Assembly (NCBI GenBank): GCA_938045545.1
Contig: CALIBN010000016.1
Coordinates: forward strand, 27,914 to 91,913
Source: an uncultured archaeon
GTDB lineage: Archaea; Thermoproteota; EX4484-205; JAAOZP01
Direction: 5' to 3'
Length of the DNA: 64,000 nt
A program made the translations under genes and the position numbers. The notes under the pieces are model-generated. The model saw only the letters and a list, made by a program, of their open reading frames with translations. It did not search any database and was not told the origin of the DNA. This document shows, piece by piece, positions 33,077 through 43,959 of this stretch (within the stretch, counting starts at the first letter, position 1; each line of letters opens with the position of its first letter).

Positions 33077-34836
33077 CTTCTTCCATATCTACGGTAGATC
33101 AGGAGCATTGCTCCAACCATGATAATCACGATCAACGCTCCTATCAGCATGACCTCCCCCCTCTGCTTAACGTAAATATGGAGGCTACGAGTAGCTGCCT
33201 GACTCTGATCTGCCTTAAGGCTTAAAGTAGCATAGTAGTCTCCCGCGCTTATGTCAGCATCGCTAGTAATGGTCAGTGAGAAAACAACGTTTTCCTGAGG
33301 CTTAAGCAGCGATACGAGACTCGGGTCGACCTTAATGTTGAACCCGCTTGGCGCGTCAGATACATCGAGCTTAAGATTTGAAAGCGAGCTGTAACCGGTG
33401 TTCTTAACCTCAACCTGGAAAACAATAGTCTCGCCGGCTGTTGTCTCGCAGTAGAAATTCTGAGTCATGTATGCGACGCTATACCAGCCTAGTATTCCCA
33501 ATCCTAGGTTCAGCCTGTCGAAAGATCCATTTGCACTAGCCTCCAAAACTATTGACAACACGTCCGGCTCAGCCAGCGGAGGTATGCTTACAACCACGTT
33601 AAGCTTCCTGGTTTCACCGGCTTTCACGTAAAGCTTAGATACAACGCTTCCAGAAGAATCCTTCACCACCCAGTTGTAGCCTGAGGGAAGCCCAGTTATG
33701 CTGATGCTTACAACCCCGTCTGAGTCCCCCGTGTTTTCAACCTCTATAGGATAAGTGGCAGCACCCCCAGCGTAAGCATCAACGTAAGGCGTGTCCGTTC
33801 GAAGCCTCAACCTAGGAGAACCCTTAACAACTATTACGGTAAGGGGAAACGTTGAGTCGAAATCTTTTGTTTTAAAGAGGATGGTGACCTCGTAACTTCC
33901 AGGAGCAGCGTCTAAAGGCACGTTTATCTTCGCCTTAATGTTAACTGATTCGCTTGAGCCTAGTGAGACACCGTAAAGGACGCTGCCGTCGCTTTTAACA
34001 ACGCTGCCCGTCCAGCCGGCTGGGAGGCCTAAGGATATTGTCCCCGTTAGCCTTTCAGACAAAACGTTCCTGACGGTTAGGTCGAAGACTACTGTGGAGC
34101 CTGGTTGAGCCTGAGCAACAGGGTAGGTTGAGGTTAAGATTTGAAGACTTTTCTTCTCAACGTATAGGGAGACAGTTTTCTCCTGGATTATTGAGCCTAA
34201 AACCCTTATTTTCAGATTGTAGACCCCTTGCGCGTTGTATGGAATCTTTATCTTAAGGTTAAGGTTTTGAACGCTTCCCCGGCTCAGCGTCAGGTTTACT
34301 ATTTCAGCTGAACCCGAGTATACTCCTGCCTCCCATCCCTCTGGAGCCTCAACCAGGATTGTTACCGTCTCCTCTTCCGACCCCTTGTTCTCCATGGAGA
34401 CCGGAATACTGACTTCGGAGAAGGATTCAACCTTCAGATAGGTTTGAGATATTGAAACCTTGGGTGAAAAGTCCAGAATGATTTCCCCCAGATCTACGGA
34501 GGGCCTGTTTAGGCTGACGGTTATAGTCTTGCCTTCATACCCTTTTTTCTCCAGCTGAATTCTATAGGTACCACGGTCAAGACTTATCGCAAACCCTCCG
34601 TTGACGAGAGTCCATATTTTAGTTATGAATGCTCCCGAGGAATCGTAAATGGTGACGGCCACGTTGCTTAAAGGATTACCGTTGAAGTCCTTCACTGAGC
34701 CTAGAAGCGTGTATGATTCCCCGGAAACAGGGATTGATTGATAGAGAGCCAGCAGCATTATTATGGAGATGATAAACCGGGTTTGCCGTTTAACACTTGT
34801 TTTAGCAATGCCTATTTTCTTATCCCATGTTTCCAT
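33073..34836 (-). CDS. Membrane-anchored NEW3/Ig-like repeat protein
   Basis: Signal peptide, CarboxypepD_reg-like domain, repeated V.N.G..P.GW..G.Y units, C-terminal TM with basic tail; ATG 34836 preferred. Confidence 0.82.
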   Translation of the reverse strand: METWDKKIGIAKTSVKRQTRFIISIIMLLALYQSIPVSGESYTLLGSVKDFNGNPLSNVAVTIYDSSGAFITKIWTLVNGGFAISLDRGTYRIQLEKKGYEGKTITVSLNRPSVDLGEIILDFSPKVSISQTYLKVESFSEVSIPVSMENKGSEEETVTILVEAPEGWEAGVYSGSAEIVNLTLSRGSVQNLNLKIKIPYNAQGVYNLKIRVLGSIIQEKTVSLYVEKKSLQILTSTYPVAQAQPGSTVVFDLTVRNVLSERLTGTISLGLPAGWTGSVVKSDGSVLYGVSLGSSESVNIKAKINVPLDAAPGSYEVTILFKTKDFDSTFPLTVIVVKGSPRLRLRTDTPYVDAYAGGAATYPIEVENTGDSDGVVSISITGLPSGYNWVVKDSSGSVVSKLYVKAGETRKLNVVVSIPPLAEPDVLSIVLEASANGSFDRLNLGLGILGWYSVAYMTQNFYCETTAGETIVFQVEVKNTGYSSLSNLKLDVSDAPSGFNIKVDPSLVSLLKPQENVVFSLTITSDADISAGDYYATLSLKADQSQAATRSLHIYVKQRGEVMLIGALIVIIMVGAMLLIYRRYGRR

Positions 34837-34839
34837 TGT

Positions 34840-34856
34840 TACTACCGATTGTAGTA
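34840..34856. promoter_or_regulatory. BlaI-type operator 1
   Basis: TGTTACTAC-CGATT-GTAGTAACA palindrome between TATA and ATG of the NEW3 gene. Confidence 0.8.
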
Positions 34857-34874
34857 ACATCCCTTTATAAACGT

Positions 34875-34891
34875 TACTATTCCGTGTAGTA
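34875..34891. promoter_or_regulatory. BlaI-type operator 2
   Basis: TACTAT-TCCGT-GTAGTA in the divergent promoter. Confidence 0.72.
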
Positions 34892-34905
34892 AGGGTTAAA
34901 TAATC

Positions 34906-35376
34906 ATGTTCAGAGTAATATTGAGAAAAATGCACCGAGGAGCCGCAAAAATATCTCAGTACAACATCGAAGGAAAGGAGCTTCAAGCCTTCTTAGGTCC
35001 ATTAGAGACAAGTATAATAGAGGTCATGTGGAGTGCTAAGCAGCCCCTCACTGTCAGAGATGTTTATGAGAGGCTCAAGCGGAAAAAAAGAATCGCGTAC
35101 ACCACTGTTATGACAACGATGGATAGACTTTACGATAAAGGGCTGCTTGACAGGCGGGTGGAGAAAGGGAGGGGTGGAGTCCTCTACGTATATTGGCCAA
35201 AGTTTGAAGAACATAATTTCAAGAAATCCGCTGTCCACGAGGTTTTAAATAGCCTCTTGGAAAATTTTGGAGATATTGTTGCAAGCTACCTGGTTGAAAG
35301 AATCTCTTCGGAGGAGAAAGAGTTTAAAGATTTGAAGGATAAGTTGGAGAAAGCATTAAGGGGGAAAAGAGGTTGA
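34906..35376 (+). CDS. BlaI/MecI/CopY-family repressor
   Basis: LGPLE..IIEVMW..TVRDV..AYTTVMTTMDRLYDKG; start may be 34930. Confidence 0.92.
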   Translation: MFRVILRKMHRGAAKISQYNIEGKELQAFLGPLETSIIEVMWSAKQPLTVRDVYERLKRKKRIAYTTVMTTMDRLYDKGLLDRRVEKGRGGVLYVYWPKFEEHNFKKSAVHEVLNSLLENFGDIVASYLVERISSEEKEFKDLKDKLEKALRGKRG

Positions 35377-35382
35377 CGAAGG

Positions 35383-36756
35383 ATGTTATCTATTGACCTA
35401 AACTATATTCTTATCCAGCTTTTCCAGCCCTACTTCTACTACTCTACCACCCTACTGGTGGTTTCATTCGTATGCGTCAAGGCACTTGTGAAATACAATC
35501 GTCTACTCACAGCCGAGGTGAAAAGCCTGTGCTACCTATTTCCACTTACAATCCCCGTTTTACTCGTGGCGCTTACTTCCCCCTGGTTGATCACGAGGCT
35601 GCTCCTAGAGATCAAGGTAAGCAACAACCCGCATAGAATACTGCTAGCTACACCTCTAAATCCCCGTATTGCCGGGCTTCCTCCCCCGATAGTTTTCAAC
35701 CATGTTAAGCTGCTTGACAACCCGCCTGTGGCAAACATGCTTCTTGCAGCCGGGTTAACGCTATCGTTATTTTACCTATTTACAACAATAACCTTAAACG
35801 ACAGGGTTGCTAAAAGAGTTTTCCGCATAGTTGAGCTTGAACCCAGCGAATACAAATCGCTACAGAAAAAAGTTGGAGAATTGTCCAAGAAGCTTGGAAT
35901 CAACCCTCCCAGGGTTGGGCTCGTGGAGGATTTAAGGCCAAACGCCTTCACAGTGGGATATGGGCAGAGGACGATGCTAGTGTTCTCCTTAGGCATTCTC
36001 CAGACTCTGAATGAAAGAGAACTGGCTGCAGTCACAGCCCACGAGCTGGCTCATGTGAAAAACAATGATTTCTTATTTAAGACAATATCGGTTTCATTAA
36101 CATTACTATCCTTCTTCAACCCGTTCGCATACTTCGCGTCTGCAACAGCCCAGAGGGAAAGAGAAATCCTTGCCGACGAGGAAGGTGTACAGATTCTAAG
36201 ACGGCCGGGGCTTCTGGCAAAGACGCTTGTAAAGATACATGAGGCCTCCCGAGCATTCCCCAAAGAGAGCATTATTACTCGCTTAGCATCTGGCCTATTC
36301 CTGTCCTACCCGATCTCAGTAAGGAGCATGATGCTGCTTTCAACGCATCCAAGGCTTGATCAGAGGGTTGAGAACATCAGGAGGCTGAACAAGAGGGGAG
36401 AAGCTGCTCGCATCAGCCCATTACTGTCGGCAACAGTATCAATCCTGATAATCGCAGCGGGGATAATCAGCACGTATTACATTACTTCCATTCGAAGCTT
36501 CTTCATAAGGCAGTATTTCCCAACGATACTCTTTAATACGCCTCTAGAGGGAAAAAGACTGATTCCAGCATACGGTTTAGACAGCACAGGGAAAATACGC
36601 GTACCAGGTTTCTTTAGATTTAGAGATGTTTCCCCTGGTGATTTAAACGAACTGCACTTCAGAATAATAGTTTTATGGATGGAAGAAGGCTGTCCAAATC
36701 ATCACCACGCCGTCGAACCTCGTTTAGACATTTATTCTTTAAAGGTAAAGGTTTAA
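35383..36756 (+). CDS. BlaR-like M56/M48 membrane zinc protease
   Basis: TM segments, PNAFT, AHELAH, REILAD, THP..RV. Confidence 0.88.
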   Translation: MLSIDLNYILIQLFQPYFYYSTTLLVVSFVCVKALVKYNRLLTAEVKSLCYLFPLTIPVLLVALTSPWLITRLLLEIKVSNNPHRILLATPLNPRIAGLPPPIVFNHVKLLDNPPVANMLLAAGLTLSLFYLFTTITLNDRVAKRVFRIVELEPSEYKSLQKKVGELSKKLGINPPRVGLVEDLRPNAFTVGYGQRTMLVFSLGILQTLNERELAAVTAHELAHVKNNDFLFKTISVSLTLLSFFNPFAYFASATAQREREILADEEGVQILRRPGLLAKTLVKIHEASRAFPKESIITRLASGLFLSYPISVRSMMLLSTHPRLDQRVENIRRLNKRGEAARISPLLSATVSILIIAAGIISTYYITSIRSFFIRQYFPTILFNTPLEGKRLIPAYGLDSTGKIRVPGFFRFRDVSPGDLNELHFRIIVLWMEEGCPNHHHAVEPRLDIYSLKVKV

Positions 36757-36789
36757 ACAAGCCTCAAAATCAAGGGAAAGAACCTCTCA

Positions 36790-37695
36790 ATGCCTTCAAA
36801 AATTGTCTCCAACCCGTTAGCGTCACGCCTCATCTTCTATTGTTATAATTCCAGGATTCTTGAATGGAGGACATACATAGGGATGGCTATTCTGGGCTTT
36901 ATCTCTAGCCCAGGTTCGTTGTCACATCGACGCCATTAGAAGTCTTCAAGTTTATGTTGACAATAGCTTTCTACCTTGCATTTTCTTTCTCCATCAATAA
37001 TTGTTTTGACGCGAGGAGCGACGCGCTGCTGAAAGAAAAAGCGAAGAAAAATCCTGTTGCCACCGGAGGGATTGAGTTTAAGGAAGGGGTTGTTTTTTCA
37101 TCATGCCTAGCCATCACTGGTCTAACGCTAACGTACTTCTGGTTCAGAAGCTGCTTTTCGTCGGCAGGTTTGTATACAGAAAGGGGTTACACCTGCTTCT
37201 GGAAGCCATAAAGCGAGTGGTTGATGAAAAGAAGGAAGCAGACCTGACAATAGTGGACTCCGGCTATTTAAGCCCTATTTTAAAAGCATTCGTGAAGACC
37301 TTAAACCTCCAAGACAATGTCTTCGTAAGGGAGGACTTAAGCAAGAGTGAGCTCGTCAACCTTTACCAGAGGTCTAACGTCTTTGTTCTACCATCTATCT
37401 TCGGCGAGTCTTTCGGAATCGTGCTGTTAGAAGCAATGGCCTCAAAGACCCCGATAGTGGTAACAGCCCAAGGTGGAGTGCGGGAAATAGTGAGGCATAT
37501 GGAAACAGGCTTATTGATAAGAAGGAATAAAATAGAAGGGTTAGCAAAAGGCATTCTAACTCTGCTTGAAACAAAGAACTTTCTAAAAGAATATCTTCCA
37601 ATGCATTCAGGGAAGTGTGGAAATACGATTGGAGCATAATAGTTGAAGAGATAGAAAAGGTTTACGAAGAAACTCTGTGTCAAACCAATCCCTAG
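36790..37695 (+). pseudogene. UbiA prenyltransferase fragment joined to GT4 glycosyltransferase fragment
   Basis: INNCFD..SD..KNPVATG, then LLFVGR..KG..ESFGIVLLEAMA; frameshifts and internal deletion. Confidence 0.75.
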
Positions 37696-37850
37696 TAGTT
37701 TAAAAGAATAGGTTTTTCTTTAGCGACTAAGCGTAGCTCTGAAGAATTGGAAATCCAAGTGTAAAGAAAACACGCCCAGAACCATCTAATAATTCCAGTA
37801 TGAAAAGAGTTTGATTTCTTTTTTTAAATTCCGAGTATTTTCCCATCTAA

Positions 37851-39089
37851 TCATGAAAGCGGAGGCCTTGCTCCAAGCGTAACAGGAATATCCATTATCC
37901 GGTTGTTTCTAACTATCGTCAATATGATTGTTTGATTCGGAAGCGCGTATTCCTCTAAGAAGGATAAGAGTTCATCTCCATTAGTAATCCTTGAACCGTT
38001 TATCCCTATCACGATGTCTCCACCCACTGTAACCCTGCTTCCCTTAATCACAATCTGCCTGTTTCCACCCTGCAAACCTGATCTAGCAGCAGGCCCGTTT
38101 GCCGTAACCCCTACGATTAGCCACCCGTACGTCACGTTCACACCCATTGCTGACGCTATGTCATACGTCATATCCATACCCGTTACTCCAAGCCAGGGGT
38201 GCTGGTCGTAAGTTCCCTTAGTAACCAAGGATTCTATTTCACGCAGTATCGTGTTGGAGGGGATGGCGAAGCCAAGCCCCTGCGAGTCTCTCACTATAGC
38301 TGTGGTTATCCCAACGACTTCGCCTCTTAGATTCAGAAGAGGCCCTCCCGAGTTGCCCGGGTTTATTGGGGCGGTTGTCTGAATGCAGTTCGCTATCGAA
38401 TACCCGCCTGTAATGTCTTCAGAGATCGTCCTGCCTAGAGCACTCACTATGCCGGAGCTCATTGAGCCAGCCAAACCGTATGGGTTTCCTATAGCCACCA
38501 CGGTGTCTCCGACTCTGAGCGTCGACGAGCTTACGATTTTAAGCGGCTTAAATTCATCGATGGAAGCGTTCACAGAGAGAACTGCTAGGTCAGCATAGGG
38601 ATCAGCACCCTTGACAACAGCAGGATAAGTGTTTCCGCTTCTAAACCTTACAGTTATGTCGCGCGCATTATATACGACATGATAATTCGTCACGATTACA
38701 AACTGATCCTTGTATTTGTAGACGAAGCCTGAGCCCTGGGAACTACTGTAGTAGGGACGGTAGAAAATATCGTAATTTACAACAGTACCCGTTATCAGGA
38801 CGATTGAGTCCCTAACGTTTTCATAAAGCTGCGATAGGGAAAAGTTCCCCTCTAAAACATAGGTTATGTTGCTTGAAGAATTCTGCGTTAGCTGCAGGGC
38901 GGATACGCGGTTTTCAAGGTTTGAAAGCCTGTTTTGAAGCTCATCTATCCTGCTTATAATGAACAGACTGTTGAAAGCCTGGCTTATCAACCCTCCTATC
39001 AAAACTCCTATTAGCACGAATGATACTGCTAAGACCACGGTAGACCTGCCGGCATTATGACGGTTTGAAGAGTCTTCCACCGGTCTCAT
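37851..39089 (-). CDS. htrA: HtrA/DegP-like serine protease with PDZ
   Basis: N-terminal TM and coiled coil, TNYHV, DLAV, GNSGGP, PDZ domain. Confidence 0.93.
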   Translation of the reverse strand: MRPVEDSSNRHNAGRSTVVLAVSFVLIGVLIGGLISQAFNSLFIISRIDELQNRLSNLENRVSALQLTQNSSSNITYVLEGNFSLSQLYENVRDSIVLITGTVVNYDIFYRPYYSSSQGSGFVYKYKDQFVIVTNYHVVYNARDITVRFRSGNTYPAVVKGADPYADLAVLSVNASIDEFKPLKIVSSSTLRVGDTVVAIGNPYGLAGSMSSGIVSALGRTISEDITGGYSIANCIQTTAPINPGNSGGPLLNLRGEVVGITTAIVRDSQGLGFAIPSNTILREIESLVTKGTYDQHPWLGVTGMDMTYDIASAMGVNVTYGWLIVGVTANGPAARSGLQGGNRQIVIKGSRVTVGGDIVIGINGSRITNGDELLSFLEEYALPNQTIILTIVRNNRIMDIPVTLGARPPLS

Positions 39090-39096
39090 CTTAAGC

Positions 39097-39113
39097 TACT
39101 ATTGCTTGTAGTA
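39097..39113. promoter_or_regulatory. BlaI-type operator 3 (htrA)
   Basis: TACTAT-TGCTT-GTAGTA between TATA (~39119-39126) and the htrA ATG. Confidence 0.75.
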
Positions 39114-39199
39114 ACATGTTAATAAGCATTACTAATATTTATACGAAATAAACTATCCAGCACCTCTAGTTTAAAAGTTGGAGAATGAAAATCGAGACA

Positions 39200-39288
39200 T
39201 GCGGCGCCCGGGATTTGAACCCGGAATTCCCAGCTTTGCCCTGTGCGTGTGGCAGGCTGGTGTCATAACCAGATTAGACCAGCGCCGC
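39200..39288 (-). tRNA. tRNA-Gly(GCC), 14-nt intron at 38/39 (39235-39248)
   Basis: GCGGCGC/GCGCCGC; BHB TGCC-AC^A..GGCA-AA^G. Confidence 0.9.
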
Positions 39289-39601
39289 TAGTTACTGACA
39301 ATCAGAAGGAAAATAAAAAGTTTTATAGCACACACCAATGGCAACCTCACAGTTTTTAAATTTACACGAAACGGATTATTTTAAAGGCATGCATCTATGA
39401 GCGCGATAATGTTGTACAGCTAAGAACAAAACCATATCTGAAAATCATGTTTCTTCGATTAAAAGGAGGCTATTTATAGTATGCTCTTCCGAACGCAAGA
39501 ATAATTTTTGCATTGCCGATGTAGAGCATTATCCTGAAAAAGCCTGTATTCCTCTACTTTTAGAAGGTAACACTTATAAGAATAGAGCTTGTGATGGGAG
39601 T

Positions 39602-39877
39602 ATGGCTGATAAAATACGTTGTGCCCATATTCTTGTTAAGACGGAGCGGGAGGCCAAGGAGGTTCTTGAACAATTGAAGACGGGAGCGAGCTTCTCTAAG
39701 CTGGCCACCGAGAAATCGCTGTGTCCCTCTAGGAAAAAAGGCGGAGACTTAGGGTTTTTCGGGAGAGGGCAGATGGTGCGCGAGTTTGAAACAGCCGCCT
39801 TCGCGTTGAAAAAAGGCAAGGTTTCTCAGCCTGTGAGGACGAGTTTTGGCTGGCATATAATAAAAAGACTGGAGTAA
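39602..39877 (+). CDS. ppiC: Parvulin-type peptidyl-prolyl isomerase
   Basis: HILVK, SLCPS..GGDLG.F.RGQMV..FE, FGWHII. Confidence 0.93.
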   Translation: MADKIRCAHILVKTEREAKEVLEQLKTGASFSKLATEKSLCPSRKKGGDLGFFGRGQMVREFETAAFALKKGKVSQPVRTSFGWHIIKRLE

Positions 39878-39964
39878 GACATGGAAAGATGCTTCTAGAC
39901 CTTCTTTTTAAGTATAGTTGGGAAAACCTTTAGACTTATATAGTTGTGATTTATTCCCGGGCTA

Positions 39965-40552
39965 ATGGATTTAACACCGCTCTTAGCCTCCTTCCTGCTG
40001 GTGGTAGTTGCAGAGCTGGGAGACAAGACGCAGATTGCTATCATAACCTTATCGTCCCATCATAATGCTCTTCTCGTCTTCACCGGCGGGATTCTGGCCT
40101 TACTACTGGTTTCAGTGTTGGGCGTGGTCATCGGGGGCACGTTGGCAACGGTTATTCCCCTACCCGTAATACGCGTAGCGTCGGCAGTTCTATTCTCGGC
40201 TTTCGGCGTCTACACTATTCTATCAGCTGGAAAAAAGGAGGAACAGGTTGAGAGGCTTGGTTTAAAGTCTGTCGCTCTATTAGTCTTCTCAATGGTTACC
40301 TTGATGGAGCTTGGGGACAAGACGCAGCTAGCCGTGGTAGCGCTTACAGCAGAGTATGGTTCTCCTCTTCTGGTTTACGCTGGAGTAGCCATGGCTTTCA
40401 CAACCATAACTGGATTGGGTGTTCTGATCGGCAGTAGGTTTCTGAGGTTAGTGCCACTAAGGCGCGTTAAGCTTGGAAGCGGAGTAGTCTTCATACTGTT
40501 TGGAATGTTTTGTCTCCTGAACGCTATTTTCCCGGGTTTCCTCAGCGCCTAA
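39965..40552 (+). CDS. TMEM165/GDT1 (UPF0016) Mn/Ca transporter
   Basis: Two ELGDKTQ motifs. Confidence 0.93.
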   Translation: MDLTPLLASFLLVVVAELGDKTQIAIITLSSHHNALLVFTGGILALLLVSVLGVVIGGTLATVIPLPVIRVASAVLFSAFGVYTILSAGKKEEQVERLGLKSVALLVFSMVTLMELGDKTQLAVVALTAEYGSPLLVYAGVAMAFTTITGLGVLIGSRFLRLVPLRRVKLGSGVVFILFGMFCLLNAIFPGFLSA

Positions 40553-41507
40553 CTATCTTCGGCTCTACACCGTCAGCTATCAGTTTCTTCATATATTTCA
40601 ACGCTGCCTTAACATGTCTATCCACAGTGTCGATCCCTTGATACTCATGGTCCTCCAGCACGGGTGAGCATTCCTCGGAGGAAATGAACCCGTCGTAGCC
40701 TATTCTTTTAAGCTCCCTTATAAAAGCGGGGTAGTTAACATACTGGTCTCCAATAAGTTGGCTACGCTTCATAATGATTTCCCCGGAAGGAGACTCGTCG
40801 AACGAGGATGAGCTGTAGTTGGAGAGAACTATCCCAATCTCTCTGCATGATTCAACAGCCTCAACGAATATACTCGTCACTCTGATTAGTGAAGAGAGGC
40901 GCGTCCAGACATAGTTTCACATTATTCATGCCGGTTTCCTTAACCATTTGAAGCACGTCCTCATATCCAAGCCTTATTATCGGCGGATGGTTTTGCAGCG
41001 CGATTACGATTCCACAGTCATCCCCCCATTTAGCTGCTTCTCGAATCCCCCGTACAGCCCACCTCCACATTTTATCTCTAGTTGCAAACATGCTCTTAAA
41101 GTCGAAAAGCCTGTATCCAAAATCGTACGTCCCCAGTTCGTCATACCTAGAGGTGCCTGGCCAGGCTGCGAAAACCTTCACTATGTTCGTGTTCAAGTCT
41201 GCTGCAAGCCCTATGGATTCTTTCACCATGCAAAGATTGTTCTCCCGTTCCTCAATAATTGGGCTGACGGAGTTCGACATGGTTTCGACAGCAGCTATCC
41301 TAATGTCGTGAGAGCAAGCCAGCTCCGCTACTTCTTTTCTCGCAGACCCGTCTAGGTCGCAGGGCAGCGCCACTGGCCTTTTAGTCTCTATGGTTATGCC
41401 GTCGAAACCAAGTTCCTTCGCTTTCCTAATCTGCTCTTTCAAAGAGAGGGCATCCCCCTTATACCAAAGGCCGCAGTATGTTACTGTAAATAAGCTGTTT
41501 TAACCAT
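40542..41507 (-). pseudogene. Sugar-phosphate isomerase/epimerase (xylose-isomerase-like TIM), frameshifted
   Basis: GFDGITIE, LQNHP, CLDAP, GYDGFISSE across split ORFs. Confidence 0.78.
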
Positions 41508-41556
41508 CCTTTTTAGAATTACGTGTCCTTTATTTAAGTTTTCAGACTCATATTAT

Positions 41557-42609
41557 TTACTTTGATCTAGAAACATTTTTCCACGCCTCATAGGCAAGCT
41601 TCTCTTCGCCGTTCCTCTTTATGAGGCCGATACAATCGTTATCATCCAAATCGTGCAGCCACGCCCAGCCGAGCAGCTGTAAATTTATTCCCTGCCCTCT
41701 AGTGAGACGCCCCGCTACTTGCGTTATAAAATCGGCTTGCGCCTGCCCGCCGCCGAAAACATCTAACGAGGGCCAGCCTATTTCGCTAAACCCGAACGGT
41801 TTACCTGGCAGGTTGCTTAATGCTTTAGAATAGTAGTTGTCAGGGATATCGGAAGGCCTGTTTATTCCCTGAACGGCGTAAGGATAGCTTGTGAATACTA
41901 CGAGATCCATTTTCTCCGGGTTGAACATTGATAAAACAGTAAGGTCCGCCTCCCGGTTCTCAGACACTATTTCACGGGCGAACGTGCAGAAAACCTTGGT
42001 TTCAGGGGAAAGCTTCTTTACCGCATCATATATCTCTTCATAGAGGCTGACAAAATGCTGGAAACCATTAGGATCATTTTCATCTACACCGTATTTCTCA
42101 TACCACCGATTAACCTCATTACCGACAGAAAGATATAGTGGTCTTGAAGACTTCACCACGTCAAGGACTGCTTGTTTATAAGCTTCCCTCCACATAGTGT
42201 TGCTGAGAGAAGGGTTTCCCACGCCCGGTGGAGTTATGAGGATGACGTTAGGACCGATGAAGGAAACATGGATCAACGGAAACATTCCATTCTCACGTAT
42301 GTTCTTATCCACAAATTTCCGTCCCCAACTTCCGGACAGTTCTCCAGCAAGACTGTAGAATGGTGTTGGCCGTCCCCATACAGGCGAGAACTCTGAGTAT
42401 TGCGCTGCTTGAGAGTAGGCTTCTTCGAAGGACTGGTTGTCTCCGGGAACGGGAAGAACCCCCATAAAGAAGCCGCGATCAGGATTCTTAGGGGAGTCGA
42501 CTGCCTTTATTACTTCCTCCTTAGACTGGTTCAGGCGGTTGGACAATGAGACAACTACTAATGCAACCACGATGAGAACAGACAGCAGCAAGACTTTTTT
42601 CGCCGGCAT
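41557..42609 (-). CDS. Secreted clan-A glycoside hydrolase-like protein
   Basis: N-terminal signal, VGNEVN acid/base, FSEIGWPS nucleophile. Confidence 0.7.
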   Translation of the reverse strand: MPAKKVLLLSVLIVVALVVVSLSNRLNQSKEEVIKAVDSPKNPDRGFFMGVLPVPGDNQSFEEAYSQAAQYSEFSPVWGRPTPFYSLAGELSGSWGRKFVDKNIRENGMFPLIHVSFIGPNVILITPPGVGNPSLSNTMWREAYKQAVLDVVKSSRPLYLSVGNEVNRWYEKYGVDENDPNGFQHFVSLYEEIYDAVKKLSPETKVFCTFAREIVSENREADLTVLSMFNPEKMDLVVFTSYPYAVQGINRPSDIPDNYYSKALSNLPGKPFGFSEIGWPSLDVFGGGQAQADFITQVAGRLTRGQGINLQLLGWAWLHDLDDNDCIGLIKRNGEEKLAYEAWKNVSRSK

Positions 42610-42812
42610 CGTTTCTCTCCCCTAAACGTTAAGCATCAGAAAGTTCGCAAGCCGATTGCTTAAAAACCTTTAAGCATGTGAAACTATTTCGCCTCAAACT
42701 GTGAGAAAATGCTGGCGTCTCCATAAGCGCAGTTGCATCCAAATGTCGTAACGGCTTTTTAAGCAGCGCACAAAAATAGGAGACATGTGTAAATGCCTGT
42801 TTAATTCCGAAT

Positions 42813-43655
42813 TTATACGTGGTTTTTGTTTTCACGAACCAGTGTTTTATAACCCCATGTTGCCACTATCCCTGTCACGAAAACGATGTTCAGAATTAAC
42901 AGATAAAGACCGCCTAGCATAGTCTCAAGTGTTGGAAAAATGAAGAATGATAAGTTGTTCATCGTGTGTAGGAGCATCATGGCTAATATACTGCCACCAG
43001 TGTTATTATAAACCCAAGTAAAGATGATTGTTCCACAGAGTATTAGAATCATGAAGCCCCAGATTGGGGTTTGAGACTGAACCGTTCCAGATATGAAGAA
43101 CAAGGGCAGGTGCCATGTCCCCCATATGACTCCAAGCACTAGGCTTGAGACAAGCGCGTTCCATTTTGCCTGCAGTCTGTCTAAAGCATAGCCTCTCCAT
43201 CCCCACTCCTCTTGGAACGGCCCTCCTAGGAAAAATATGTATAGAAAGCCGACGGCAACAGACAAGGGATTGGATAGCACGGATAATTGAGGTAAAGCCT
43301 CCCCACTAATTACTGCTAGCAAAAGAGCACTGCCAGTTATGACTGGGAAAAGGAGGAAAATTGGAATAAGCCAAATTTTCCTGAAACTGTAATCCACTCC
43401 TCTTTTCAACAGATTCCTAACTCCTTTTCCTCCTTCAGAAGCATAGGTGAGGGAGAAGGCTGAGACAAGCGGGCCGAAGGCAGCCGGATTAAAAGGGCTG
43501 AATAGAAATTCAGCAAAAACTGAGGGGACCTGTAATGAACCTGTTGAAATCAAGGCTTGAGGAATCCAGAACAACCATGAGAAAGCGAAGGCGATAAAGA
43601 AATACAACCATAAGCTGTGGTTCAAGCGTTCATCATGTTTCATTTTCAGGCACAT
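42813..43655 (-). CDS. CAAX/Abi (CPBP) intramembrane protease
   Basis: EEWGWRG, WGTWHLP, H..NN. Confidence 0.9.
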   Translation of the reverse strand: MCLKMKHDERLNHSLWLYFFIAFAFSWLFWIPQALISTGSLQVPSVFAEFLFSPFNPAAFGPLVSAFSLTYASEGGKGVRNLLKRGVDYSFRKIWLIPIFLLFPVITGSALLLAVISGEALPQLSVLSNPLSVAVGFLYIFFLGGPFQEEWGWRGYALDRLQAKWNALVSSLVLGVIWGTWHLPLFFISGTVQSQTPIWGFMILILCGTIIFTWVYNNTGGSILAMMLLHTMNNLSFFIFPTLETMLGGLYLLILNIVFVTGIVATWGYKTLVRENKNHV

Positions 43656-43959
43656 CCTCCTGCGAGTATTTAACCTTTACTTTTAGTTGTAAAAGTCTTT
43701 TTACGTCTTATCATGCGCACAGATTATTCAGCCGCATGGCCAGTTCGAAACGGTCTTTCGAGGGATAGAACGATTATATGTCAAGGACTCATACGTTGCA
43801 AAGGCGGGGACTGGATAGTTGAATCGTGCGCCAGATAGCACCGGTGCACAAGGGAAATTTTAAATCTCGCGCGCTTGAGCACCCAAAAACACCTTTTCAG
43901 CAATTCCCTGACAATAAAAGTTATTAAATCCCTCGCAACAAGTTTTTACAAGCCCGGGA

